IMG/VR virus record: IMGVR_UViG_3300036770_008729
Location: 62,001 to 126,000 of that record
Length of the DNA: 64,000 bases
Strand: one strand, 5' to 3'
The notes under the pieces were generated by a model, which saw only the letters and a program-made list of their open reading frames with translations, did no database searches and had not been told where the DNA came from. The position numbers and the translations under genes are program-made. This document shows positions 1-9,420 of the stretch, one piece after another (within the stretch, counting starts at the first letter, position 1; each line of letters starts with the position of its first letter).

Positions 1-399
1 AAAGGGTGGAAGAATTCTTGGATTGCTTGGACTCATCCAACTACCCCAGGCAGTTCTTTTAGGAATCTGATTTTTATTCCAAATAATAAACTCTCTAAAA
101 GTAAATCCAGCTTCTTGAAATAACCTTGTGAATGTTGAGTAACTTGGTTCATTCAATTGAGATTGAAAGCAACCAATTTGTAGGCAAAATCTACCACCAT
201 CTTTTAATACACGGAAGCTTTCGGAAATCCAAACTTTACACCATTCATAATAAGCCTCTAACTTCATAGAGTCATCATGGTCTTGATAACTGATATTAAG
301 ATTGTATGGTGGTGAAGTAAAGATTAAATCAACAGAATTATTTTCCATTGATTTGAAACCTGAGATGCAATCCTGATTGTATATTTTATTAAATTCCAT
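1..399 (-). CDS. DNA methyltransferase (N6-A/N4-C, beta class), runs off the left edge
   Basis: Manual translation from ATG at 399: MEFNKIYNQDCISGFKSMENNSVDLIFTSPPYN...RVLKDGGRF...IIWNK; SPPY catalytic motif; not in ORF track. Confidence 0.85.
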   Translation of the reverse strand, partial: MEFNKIYNQDCISGFKSMENNSVDLIFTSPPYNLNISYQDHDDSMKLEAYYEWCKVWISESFRVLKDGGRFCLQIGCFQSQLNEPSYSTFTRLFQEAGFTFREFIIWNKNQIPKRTAWGSWMSPSNPRILPPF

Positions 400-439
400 A
401 CTTATTTAAAAGTATATTTTTATTTTGAGAATAAGTTTT

Positions 440-447
440 TATCTTTG
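440..447 (+). promoter_or_regulatory. Bacteroidota-type sigma70 -7 element TAnnTTTG (TATCTTTG)
   Basis: Matches the known Bacteroidota -7 consensus, upstream of ATG 462. Confidence 0.55.
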
Positions 448-461
448 TGTAAAATTAAAAT

Positions 462-650
462 ATGGCAACAGAAAAAAACATAGTAAAGTTAGAAAAAGAA
501 ATCCGAGCTAAAATGATGCAAATTCGCTCCGGTAAAACAACACCCAAAGATTCTGGTATTGGTAAGTTAATCAACTTGATGAAAAGTTTTGATGAGCCGT
601 TACACGGACAAATTATGAATGAGTATAAACAATTAATAACTAAACAATGA
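462..650 (+). CDS. hypothetical protein
   Basis: 62 aa ORF behind a TAnnTTTG motif, first of a 3-gene run. Confidence 0.6.
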   Translation: MATEKNIVKLEKEIRAKMMQIRSGKTTPKDSGIGKLINLMKSFDEPLHGQIMNEYKQLITKQ

Positions 651-656
651 GTACAA

Positions 657-866
657 ATGACAAAAACAATTAAATTTATCTTGATTACTTTCGCAGTAAT
701 CTTACTCGAAACTCTCTACTTCGAGTTCGCGGTCAGTAGAGAAATTAACCTATGGATAGGTAGTATCCTTTCCATTTTAGCGGTGTTCCTTCTATTAGGA
801 TACGGACACTATATTTACAAACTCCTAATTGATGTATTAAAAATTAAAAACAACGAAAACCAATAA
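657..866 (+). CDS. small membrane protein (2 TM)
   Basis: Two hydrophobic stretches; directly upstream of SPFH gene. Confidence 0.65.
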   Translation: MTKTIKFILITFAVILLETLYFEFAVSREINLWIGSILSILAVFLLLGYGHYIYKLLIDVLKIKNNENQ

Positions 867-869
867 ACT

Positions 870-1853
870 ATGATTTCACTTATTATTCTTTCAGTTTCAA
901 TCCTAATCTCTTTAGGATTTCTCTATTCAACTAGAGATAATGCCTTTACTATCACACAAGATAAGTATGGCTCAACAAATAAACAATTTAAAATTACATG
1001 GTTAACAAAACCAGTTCTTATTTTAATAATTGGTATATTGACCTCTATCATTCAACCATTCGCTTTAGAGCGAGTTGATGCTGGTCATGTTGGATTAAAA
1101 GTTCAATTATCCGGAGACAATCGAGGTATATCTGATTATCAATATAAAACAGGTTGGGTAGTTCAGAATACTTGGATTGAAAAATTATATGAGTTTCCTA
1201 CATTCCAACAACATATTGAATATGGTGACCAAACTGTAATCACAAAAGGTGGTTTCTCTGCTATCATTAAACCTACATTCAACTACTCACTTAAATCAGA
1301 TGCTGTTGGTGATATGTTTGAACAATTACGATTAGGAGTTAAAGAAATTGAGCAGGGTTGGCTTATGACTGCTATTGTTGGTTCAGTAAATGATGTTGCT
1401 AATAGATGGGTAGTTGATGATATCTTTAATAAAAGAGAAGAGTTTGAATCAGCCATTATCACAGAGTGTAATAAAAGAACTTCTAAATGGTTTATTATCT
1501 CTCAATTAAGAACTAACATTGTTCCACCTGACGCACTTAAATCAGCCATCGAAGCAAAAACAAAAGCTGTTCAAGATGCTCAAGCCGCTATTCAACAAGC
1601 ACTTGTTGCAGAAGCTCAGGCTAAAAAGAAAATTGCAATTGCTAGAGGTGACTCGGCTTCTGTTGTTATTAATGCTTCGGGTCAGGCGGCAGCTACTATT
1701 ATCACAGCTGATGGTGAAGCTAAGGCGATGAAATTAAAACAAGCACAATTATCTCAGTTGTATATAGATTATATCAGAGCAACCAATTGGGATGGTAAGT
1801 ATCCTCAAACGATGTTAGGTGGTAATACATCCACTTTGTTGAATATAAAATAA
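870..1853 (+). CDS. SPFH/band 7/prohibitin family membrane protein
   Basis: N-terminal TM helices, RVDAGHVGLKV motif, Ala-rich coiled coil (AIEAKTKAVQDAQAA...AEAQAKKKIAIARG), WDGKYPQ tail. Confidence 0.9.
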   Translation: MISLIILSVSILISLGFLYSTRDNAFTITQDKYGSTNKQFKITWLTKPVLILIIGILTSIIQPFALERVDAGHVGLKVQLSGDNRGISDYQYKTGWVVQNTWIEKLYEFPTFQQHIEYGDQTVITKGGFSAIIKPTFNYSLKSDAVGDMFEQLRLGVKEIEQGWLMTAIVGSVNDVANRWVVDDIFNKREEFESAIITECNKRTSKWFIISQLRTNIVPPDALKSAIEAKTKAVQDAQAAIQQALVAEAQAKKKIAIARGDSASVVINASGQAAATIITADGEAKAMKLKQAQLSQLYIDYIRATNWDGKYPQTMLGGNTSTLLNIK

Positions 1854-1870
1854 TCTAAATTGTTAGAAAC

Positions 1871-1897
1871 AAAAAACCCACCATTGGTGGGTTTTTT
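1871..1897. terminator. bidirectional intrinsic terminator
   Basis: aaaaaacccacc-att-ggtgggtttttt between convergent genes; near-identical to 11888-11914. Confidence 0.85.
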
Positions 1898-2786
1898 ATT
1901 GTAGGTTATAGGAAAACATTGTATCTGAACCTTCTTCTTTATCATCATTTTCTGAATAGAAGTTAATTCCCTGATAAACTAATTCTGACATGACTTTCTC
2001 AAACATATCATAAGTAGCTCCGTGTTGTTTCATAAAATCTTCAAACTCTCTATAAGTTATTTTTTCACCTTTATCTTGTCTTGCTTTTAGTTTAGGAAAT
2101 AAATCTTCTACAATTTCCTCTACTAATTTGAAATCAGCTTTATCTCTAAATCCAGATTCAAAGCTTTCGTGAAATCTTTTAATTTTATTTTTACGATAAG
2201 GACTTAATAATCCTTTAACATTCCAAGAAGGAATAAATTGTTTATTCTTTTTTTCAAAATCTTCATAAGATTCAATTCCTGTATCAACTGGGTTTTGAAT
2301 ATATTGTATGTTAGCTCCTTGTTTATTCATATCAGAAACTCTATCACCAATATCAACACCCTTAGTCATTTTACGTAGTTTTTTCCATTGATCAACAGTT
2401 TGTTTTCTAGGTAAAGAACCTTCATTTGTTTGTGTTATAACTTCGACTGTTCCATCTAAATTGAATTTTGCAATAAATGGTGTTTCGATAGCAACATCTC
2501 TTCCTCTTAAATCACAAATGATGATTGGTCCGAACTTTTCTTGAAATTTAAGTATTTCTGAGTTAATAAATTGATCAGGTCCAAAATCTAAAGTTCTACT
2601 TACATTACGAGCACTGACTGGTTGATTTGGTAATAAACATTGTTTTTCATCATTAGTTTCTGCTAAAAATACAAATTGAAATACATCACCTGGATTGTTT
2701 TGAATTAAAGAAACTAACTTTCTAGAACCTGTGGTGTATTCCGCACTTCCTCCAAATGGTTTTAACTGACCTCTAATAATCTTCAT
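1896..2786 (-). CDS. hypothetical protein
   Basis: 296 aa ORF; internal KIKRFHESFES resembles the CTS-like motif; acidic C-terminus. Confidence 0.7.
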   Translation of the reverse strand: MKIIRGQLKPFGGSAEYTTGSRKLVSLIQNNPGDVFQFVFLAETNDEKQCLLPNQPVSARNVSRTLDFGPDQFINSEILKFQEKFGPIIICDLRGRDVAIETPFIAKFNLDGTVEVITQTNEGSLPRKQTVDQWKKLRKMTKGVDIGDRVSDMNKQGANIQYIQNPVDTGIESYEDFEKKNKQFIPSWNVKGLLSPYRKNKIKRFHESFESGFRDKADFKLVEEIVEDLFPKLKARQDKGEKITYREFEDFMKQHGATYDMFEKVMSELVYQGINFYSENDDKEEGSDTMFSYNLQ

Positions 2787-3226
2787 TATAATTCGTTAAA
2801 CTTTTTGATTTTTCCACCATCATTAGAAAGTGATTTTTCACCTTTAAGTGGTTCGTGATTTGTCTTTGCTTTTTTAGTAGGAACATCTACTTCTTGTAAA
2901 GAATTTTCAGGCTTTAATTTCTTATCCTTTTTTCCAAACTTTATAAAGTTTTGCTTTTTCATATCTTTACTAAGCTTCTGAGATTTATTATCTATTGCAT
3001 ACATTTTAACAGTTGATGCAACTTCTTCTGAAAGAAACTTTTCACCATCTAATTTTTTATTAGAAGGCTTTGTTGATTTCATAATCATTTTAGGATTACT
3101 CAATGATTTATCAGCATCTAACTTGTTATTAGTTGGATTTTTAGCTTTTACATGACCTTGCTCCTTAGCATCATCAGAAAGATTTGGTAGCTCATCATTA
3201 ATAGGATGTTGTTTCAAATGTTTCAT
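2786..3226 (-). CDS. Lys-rich hypothetical protein
   Basis: Likely start MKHLKQHPINDE at 3226, preceded by ATAAATATAAC; ends IKKFNEL. Confidence 0.65.
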   Translation of the reverse strand: MKHLKQHPINDELPNLSDDAKEQGHVKAKNPTNNKLDADKSLSNPKMIMKSTKPSNKKLDGEKFLSEEVASTVKMYAIDNKSQKLSKDMKKQNFIKFGKKDKKLKPENSLQEVDVPTKKAKTNHEPLKGEKSLSNDGGKIKKFNEL

Positions 3227-3253
3227 AGTTATATTTATCAATTATTTTTTTAG

Positions 3254-3700
3254 TTAGAACTCATCATCATCTATTATAGTTGGATCATATGGATGAAAAT
3301 CTCTTCTTTTCTTATAGTTAATTGTAGGTTTTTTCTCAATAAAATCTTCTATTTTATCATACAACCTTAAACACTCATCATCTATATCTTTTAATTGTAA
3401 TTCTTTACCATTGTAACTGATAGTTCTGTTGTTATCATCAAGTGTAACATTTCCATCCATTAGATATATGATGTAAACACCGGGTTCGATTTCTACTACA
3501 CCTTTTACAACTTTTATACCATCTTGAAGGCGAGCGGATTGAATAGAGTGATTGTCAATCATTCTGTGAATTTTTTCTAATGTATCTCTGTCCTCTTTTT
3601 TATCGATGTTCAAAACTCTACGAGTTCCTCTTACAAGTCTTTGCATTAAAGGTTCCTTTTTAGGCTCTTCAAATTCTTCGAATAATTTTATATACTTCAT
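3254..3700 (-). CDS. hypothetical protein with CTS-like N-terminus
   Basis: Starts MKYIKLFEEFE; AATATATA 4 nt upstream. Confidence 0.75.
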   Translation of the reverse strand: MKYIKLFEEFEEPKKEPLMQRLVRGTRRVLNIDKKEDRDTLEKIHRMIDNHSIQSARLQDGIKVVKGVVEIEPGVYIIYLMDGNVTLDDNNRTISYNGKELQLKDIDDECLRLYDKIEDFIEKKPTINYKKRRDFHPYDPTIIDDDEF

Positions 3701-3704
3701 ATAT

Positions 3705-3712
3705 TATATATT
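3705..3712 (-). promoter_or_regulatory. AATATATA motif 4 nt before ATG (putative phage late promoter)
   Basis: Recurrent fixed-spacing motif before many starts. Confidence 0.5.
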
Positions 3713-3724
3713 AATTTTTTTTTA

Positions 3725-3732
3725 TATATTTG
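3725..3732 (+). promoter_or_regulatory. TAnnTTTG (TATATTTG) host-type promoter element
   Basis: Upstream of ATG 3741; divergent from the AATATATA-driven gene. Confidence 0.6.
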
Positions 3733-3740
3733 TAATTGAA

Positions 3741-4265
3741 ATGAATAAATGGAAATTTATAAAAGCACTCAACTCACCACTTAAACCATTTAAGTTAAAA
3801 TTTTACTTTGGTAAAATAAGTGTAGGTGTGCCTTATTTCTTCCCACGTAGAACCGTAAAAGATCCTGGTAAACCCGGATACCTTAAATTTGTAGATAAAA
3901 AATTTGGCATTGATGTAGTTTCACTTGGATGGAAAACTAAATGGAGTAGTACTGATTATCGATTAGAATGGGAGCCAAGAATATCATTTGTTTTTTTTAA
4001 GTGGCAATTTGTTATCTTCTTCAATGCACCAGAGTCAGAACACTATTGGCCGATTTGGCTTTACTATCATAATGATACCGATAAGACTAAATCGATTAAA
4101 GAAAGAATCGAACAATGTCAACAGGAATATCCCCAGATATGGGAAAGATCTCAAAATGGAAAAAAAGAGACCATAAATTATTATGACTATGTCTTAAAAG
4201 ATAAATGGAAAAAGAAACCACTTGATGAGGTTAGAGATAAAAAATTAGATAAGATATTAAAATAA
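3741..4265 (+). CDS. aromatic-rich hypothetical protein with C-terminal RDKKLDKIL tail
   Basis: Start reassigned to ATG 3741 (MNKWKF) behind promoter motif. Confidence 0.75.
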   Translation: MNKWKFIKALNSPLKPFKLKFYFGKISVGVPYFFPRRTVKDPGKPGYLKFVDKKFGIDVVSLGWKTKWSSTDYRLEWEPRISFVFFKWQFVIFFNAPESEHYWPIWLYYHNDTDKTKSIKERIEQCQQEYPQIWERSQNGKKETINYYDYVLKDKWKKKPLDEVRDKKLDKILK

Positions 4266-4269
4266 GTTA

Positions 4270-7200
4270 TCAATTTATTTTGTTAACAATTTTGTTTATA
4301 ACCTTAATATATTCTAAATCTATAATCTTTATTAGGTAAATTCCAGTCTTAGATTCTCCTAAATCTTGTTTTATTTTAGTAATACCTTGACTAACACTTT
4401 GCTTTTTTTGACTTATAAGTTTACCACTAATATCATAAACTTCTATCATAAGCTGTGTTTGATTTTTAGTAATATATTCTACAACAAACTCATTTTGTGT
4501 TGGATTAGGATATACTTTTGCATCCACTTCATCTAATTTAATTTGTGAAGTCTTAACAATCAAACTATCATTATTAGGATTTGCTTGTCTTTGTGTTATA
4601 CAACCAGCTTGTATTACTAAAGTTCTCCAAGTACTAGTTCCACAATTAGTTACTGATCGAACTGATAAAGTTCCTCCATTGAATCCCGATGAGAATGTAA
4701 CATCGATTATTCTACTAATGGAAGAACCAGTAGTTCCATTTGGTAACATCCATTGATAACTTGTTGCGCCATTTACTGCTACAATACTGTAAGTGGATGT
4801 TGCTCCTATGTTACCACATGTTGGTCCTGAGATTGCTCCGGGCACTGGTGGTGTTTTACTTATTGATAATGTTCTTGCTGTACTTCTAACACCACAAGCG
4901 TTTTGTGCTTGAACTTGTATAGTACCTCCAGTAAATTGTGGACTAAACTGTACTAATACATTTCTAGTACCTTGACCTTGAACTATTGTGGCGTTGGATG
5001 GTGCTGTCCAAAAATATGAAGTCGCTCCTGATACTGTACTGCTTGAATACAATACATTACTTGATGTTTGATCTACATTAGTATAAGCAGAACAAACATT
5101 TGTTGTACCTGTAATTCTAGTTGGTGTTGCAGGTGCATTAGTACCCGAACTTGTGACAGTTAAGGTACTTGGTGATCCAGTACCACAACTATTGATTGAT
5201 GCCACTGTTATGTTCCCACTTACAAATGAACTTGTAATAGTGACTTGGATAGTATTAGTACCTTGACCATTGTTTAATGTAATACCATTTGGTACTGTCC
5301 AAGAATAACCAATAGTGGCGTCATACATTGGTGATATTGAGTATGAAGTAGTTGTAGCACAAGTACTTGTTGGACCACTAATCGGACCTGGTATTCCAGG
5401 TAAAGAGTTGATTGTGATAGTAGATGAAGCTGATGATATACAATTGCCTGTTGATGCAGTGTATGTCATTGTACTTGTATTTTTAGCATAAACTGTATTT
5501 CTAATATCACCAGTATAAGATTGTGTTGCTGTTGGATTTATATATAATCCAGTTAATGGTGACCAGGTTACCATTGTTGGAGCATATATACCAAACTTCA
5601 TGTTTGGACGATACTTACTACTTATAAGATTGTTTGCTTCATTAAGTGGTTCACAAACTGAAAAGTCATTATCATAACCTCCATAAACTGAGTTAAATGA
5701 AGTTTGACTAAACTCTACTGCTGAGTTTGTACCAGTACAGTTGCTACAAGAATTGTTTACATCATTGTCGTGACAGATCTCTATTACAATATTGTAAAGT
5801 GGATTCCATGTAAATGATTGATTAAAAGAATATACTTTCCATCCAACTGTAGGTGCTTGTTCTTGTCCAGTAGTGTAAACAGTTACAAAAGGACCTACGG
5901 TAACACTTAAAAGACTACCACTTTCTGTAATATAACCATAAGATAAGTTGTCATTTATGGTGTGAGCTATTTTAATTGTAAAGTTATTTTGGTAACCAGT
6001 ACCTTGTGATAGTACTTTTAATGCTAATGAATTTATATCACCAGCAACTAAACCAAGTGCAAGTAATTCTGATGATCTAATTAGATATTGCACTCTTGAA
6101 CCTTCATAGCTACTTGTATAAGGTGTAATACCTGATTGACCAGTAAGAGTTGTATTGACTCCTAATTGACGACTGAATGTAGCTGATCCTCCTGTTGCTG
6201 TTAATGTTGTAATTGAATTACTACAAGCAGTTGTTATTGAAGGTGTAACTGATAAAGCAGATGGTGTTGGGTTTATTTGTATGTCTACAGATGAAGAAGA
6301 ACTACAACCATCTAAAGTCGATGTTAAAGTATATGTTCCTTCATTATTGTATGTAGCGTTATTAATAGTTGGTGACTGTTGTGATGATGTATAGTTATTT
6401 GGTCCAACCCAACTAAATGTATTACCAATATCAGAACTTCCAATTAAACTTATAGTTGAATTTTGACATACAGAACTATTGTTTGTACTAGCATCTGTTA
6501 AAGGTATAGCTTTTATAGTCACACTAACTGGTATATTTGATGAACCACATTCTGAGGTAATAGTTAGTGAGTAGTTACCAGCATCAGCATTTGTAGTATT
6601 GTCAATTAAGAGTGATGGTGTTTCAGCACTTGGATTGATTGATGGATCAATTACTATACTATTTTTATACCATTGGTATTGCACTTGACTACCAGTTGCT
6701 ACAACTGTTAAATCTATTGGATCATTAAAACAAACAGATGATATTGTTGATGGTTGTGAAACAATTTGTAAAGTAGGTATTCCAGTTATATTAATAACAT
6801 CACTAACACTACAACTTCTGTAAGTTGAAGTTAAAGTATAACTATTTAATCCTACTAAAGCAGATGGTATAGTTGCATTTAAAGTACTTGCTGAAAAACT
6901 AGGACCTGTCCAACTGATTGTTGGTGCTACTGTATTTAAAGTAATGGTAATGCTCCAGTCATTAAATGTACCTATATCACCAGTATAGTCATCAGTAATA
7001 CGAAGTGTCCAAACACCATCAGCACTTCCAGTTAAGTTAGAAAAAGGTTGCTCAGGTGTGTATGTTCCTGTGAATGGAGCTGTACCTGATGTTATAGCGG
7101 TACCTGAAGTAGAGAATACTGTGTTAACATAGTTGTCACCAGTACTTCCATTATCACTTGATAAATCTATTGAAGAACCATTTGGAGCAATTAAAGTTAA

Positions 7201-8763
7201 ATCTAAGTCCGCATCAAATGGATGTGTTATGTTTAGTAATACTGAGGTTATTTGATTAGCATTAGCACCAGTTCCACTAACAGTAATAGTTCTGTCTATA
7301 CTTGAAACATCAGGTATTAATAATGAGGATGTATTTGAACCACTAAATGATGGATTCATATTTGGTGAAACTCCATCTAAGTTGATTTCACTACTCTGAC
7401 AAATACTAAAGTCTGTTCCGGCTTCAGCAGTTGGATAAACATTGTTTATGTTGACAGCTACATCATATACAATATTACCAGGACCAGCTCCATTTGTATT
7501 AGTACTAAATTCAAACTGCGATTCTTTAATAACATCAAACGATAAACTATTACTACCAGTTGTTGTAGGAGCAGTTACTGAAAAAGTATATGTGGTAGTT
7601 GATCCAGCAGCTAAGTTGTTAGCATCTATTTTTTGATAACTTGCTTGGTCATTCCATTTAACACCTATATTATAGTCATCTCCACCTCCATCAATCCAAG
7701 AAACAGTACCAGTATTTTTAACAGTTACAGTTATCTGACGAGTTTCTCCTGCACACCACCAAGAGTTGCCTGTATTAGAACTTATCCAAGTTGCAAGATA
7801 TGGTGTAGGTGGAGGTGTCCAAGTATAAGTTAATCCTGAGGCTGGTTTAACTGTGTTTGATAATCTTACAGTAGCACTATTAGTCCCACCTGCTGTAGTA
7901 CTTGACCAACTAGTTGTAGTTGTACGATTTGCAAAATCAGCATTAGAATTTCCTCTTAATCCAATTTCAAAACCAACTGCTGTAGTGTTTGTAGGTCCAA
8001 GTATGCTGTAGACAAAATCTATCGTATTTGTTGTCTCGTTTAATCTAATTTGAAAATCATACAATTCACCAAAACCACCATTTGTAGTATATCTTTGAAA
8101 TCCAGTCCATTGAACTACTAATGTTTGATTTGGAGCAGTTCCAATTGTTTCATAACGAATACCAAATTTTGGATTTGAAAATCTGAAATGAAAACCAGTA
8201 CCTTTTGAAGTTGCTGCGGATGATATTGTAACTGTGTTTGTTCCTATAGCAGTTACAGTTGCATTGTTTGGTATACCAGATCCTGATACCTTATCACCGA
8301 TAGATATTTGACTAATATCACCACTTGTTATTGTGATTGTAGTACTACCACTTGTTCTATTTGCTAAAAAAGAACCTCTACCAATTAAGTCTCCTCCCAT
8401 AGCAGATATTACGTTGTTGGAGGTTCCCAAAGATAATGGGGACATACTGTTTATTGGTAAAGTACCTAATGAAATCCAACCATTAGTACTGATACCAAAC
8501 TGAGTGTAGATTGTATTGTTATAAACAAAATTAAACCCAATTGGTAGTAACGCTGATGAGACGTTATCGTCTAAAAATCCTGCTGTAGTATTTGGTAATG
8601 TTCCAGTATATACACTGTTTGTCCAATTAGTAAAGTTGTTGTAATTGGTTCCTCCTGTAATTTCAGTATATGTTCCTGATGAGGATGAAAAGGTATAATT
8701 ATTTACTTGTGATAATAAGTTGAATGAAATTAGAGTAAGAAGAAGGGTTAGTAATTTTTTCAT
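4270..8763 (-). CDS. large secreted multidomain protein with T9SS type A C-terminal sorting domain (P-proprotein-like, Ig-like and PKD-like repeats)
   Basis: Signal peptide MKKLLTLLLTLISFNLLSQ (ATG 8763); P-domain (LNITHPFDADLDLTLIAPNG...GVWTLRITDD); PKD-like repeats (YSWTVPNG...GQGTNTI); CTD VYPNPTQ...IEVYDISGKLI...GIYLIKI. Confidence 0.85.
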   Translation of the reverse strand: MKKLLTLLLTLISFNLLSQVNNYTFSSSSGTYTEITGGTNYNNFTNWTNSVYTGTLPNTTAGFLDDNVSSALLPIGFNFVYNNTIYTQFGISTNGWISLGTLPINSMSPLSLGTSNNVISAMGGDLIGRGSFLANRTSGSTTITITSGDISQISIGDKVSGSGIPNNATVTAIGTNTVTISSAATSKGTGFHFRFSNPKFGIRYETIGTAPNQTLVVQWTGFQRYTTNGGFGELYDFQIRLNETTNTIDFVYSILGPTNTTAVGFEIGLRGNSNADFANRTTTTSWSSTTAGGTNSATVRLSNTVKPASGLTYTWTPPPTPYLATWISSNTGNSWWCAGETRQITVTVKNTGTVSWIDGGGDDYNIGVKWNDQASYQKIDANNLAAGSTTTYTFSVTAPTTTGSNSLSFDVIKESQFEFSTNTNGAGPGNIVYDVAVNINNVYPTAEAGTDFSICQSSEINLDGVSPNMNPSFSGSNTSSLLIPDVSSIDRTITVSGTGANANQITSVLLNITHPFDADLDLTLIAPNGSSIDLSSDNGSTGDNYVNTVFSTSGTAITSGTAPFTGTYTPEQPFSNLTGSADGVWTLRITDDYTGDIGTFNDWSITITLNTVAPTISWTGPSFSASTLNATIPSALVGLNSYTLTSTYRSCSVSDVINITGIPTLQIVSQPSTISSVCFNDPIDLTVVATGSQVQYQWYKNSIVIDPSINPSAETPSLLIDNTTNADAGNYSLTITSECGSSNIPVSVTIKAIPLTDASTNNSSVCQNSTISLIGSSDIGNTFSWVGPNNYTSSQQSPTINNATYNNEGTYTLTSTLDGCSSSSSVDIQINPTPSALSVTPSITTACSNSITTLTATGGSATFSRQLGVNTTLTGQSGITPYTSSYEGSRVQYLIRSSELLALGLVAGDINSLALKVLSQGTGYQNNFTIKIAHTINDNLSYGYITESGSLLSVTVGPFVTVYTTGQEQAPTVGWKVYSFNQSFTWNPLYNIVIEICHDNDVNNSCSNCTGTNSAVEFSQTSFNSVYGGYDNDFSVCEPLNEANNLISSKYRPNMKFGIYAPTMVTWSPLTGLYINPTATQSYTGDIRNTVYAKNTSTMTYTASTGNCISSASSTITINSLPGIPGPISGPTSTCATTTSYSISPMYDATIGYSWTVPNGITLNNGQGTNTIQVTITSSFVSGNITVASINSCGTGSPSTLTVTSSGTNAPATPTRITGTTNVCSAYTNVDQTSSNVLYSSSTVSGATSYFWTAPSNATIVQGQGTRNVLVQFSPQFTGGTIQVQAQNACGVRSTARTLSISKTPPVPGAISGPTCGNIGATSTYSIVAVNGATSYQWMLPNGTTGSSISRIIDVTFSSGFNGGTLSVRSVTNCGTSTWRTLVIQAGCITQRQANPNNDSLIVKTSQIKLDEVDAKVYPNPTQNEFVVEYITKNQTQLMIEVYDISGKLISQKKQSVSQGITKIKQDLGESKTGIYLIKIIDLEYIKVINKIVNKIN

Positions 8764-8982
8764 GGTCAATAATTACTTTTAGTATATATTCAATAAATGT
8801 AAAAATTGATGAATGAAAAAGAAAGAATCGAAATTTATACAAATTGTCTACAGAATTTCTACAAATAATTTTACTCCGATATTTGTTATTATCATCCTGG
8901 TAGATTTATCACTCTGGATAAATTAAGAAGTGATAAGTTAAATATGTTGGGGATTTAATTTGGTCTCCAATAGATTTTTCAC

Positions 8983-8990
8983 TATTTTTG
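8983..8990 (+). promoter_or_regulatory. TAnnTTTG (TATTTTTG) element 4 nt before ATG 8995
   Basis: Consensus match with conserved spacing. Confidence 0.6.
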
Positions 8991-8994
8991 TATT

Positions 8995-9142
8995 ATGACT
9001 CTAAATGAATTAGAAAAAATAGCAGACTTTTATATGATGGATTTAGAATCTATCATTGATGATATTGATGGTGCAGTAGGCTTTTGAGGAAAAACCTAAA
9101 TCAGAAATAAGAAATGATAAATTAGAAGAATTGGGAATATGA
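8995..9142 (+). pseudogene. small gene split by a +1 frameshift at TTT-TGA (mutation, assembly error or programmed shift)
   Basis: MTLNELEKIADFYMMDLESIIDDIDGAVGF stops at 9085-9087; +1 frame continues EEKPKSEIRNDKLEELGI and ends in an ATGA overlap with the next gene. Confidence 0.55.
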
Positions 9143-9420
9143 TGACAATAGACGAATTAAAATCTTTAAGAAAAGGAGAATTGGTTGTTTTCACTAAGAT
9201 AGATGAAAAGATTACTGAATATCATAATCACCAAGTAGGTGATGAAATGATTTTTATAGAAATTGAAGACGCATATAAGATTGGATCAAGTGGTAGAGAT
9301 GTTGTTAATTTTCTAAGAAACTCATACACAATCTCACACTTCTCTTATGAGATATGCCATTATATAGAAAGAAAATCTAAACTAGAAAGAGATAGAAAAA
9401 TAAAAGACTTAGGACTATGA
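9139..9420 (+). CDS. hypothetical protein (SH3/KOW-like start) with RDRKIKDL tail
   Basis: LRKGELVVF start; ATGA overlaps on both sides. Confidence 0.7.
   Translation: MMTIDELKSLRKGELVVFTKIDEKITEYHNHQVGDEMIFIEIEDAYKIGSSGRDVVNFLRNSYTISHFSYEICHYIERKSKLERDRKIKDLGL

Noticed and set aside
7442-7833. Short track ORFs antisense to or overlapping long genes (e.g. 7442, 7633, 14523, 14542, 21778, 22880, 25926, 26892, 30836, 34154, 39693, 39912, 48195, 59861, 61131)
   Set aside because: They are shadows of well-supported CDSs, with no motifs or promoter context.
8813-8926. 37 aa ORF MKKKESKFIQ...LSLWIN in the 8770-8995 gap
   Set aside because: No promoter motif at the expected spacing and no recognisable features; may be chance.
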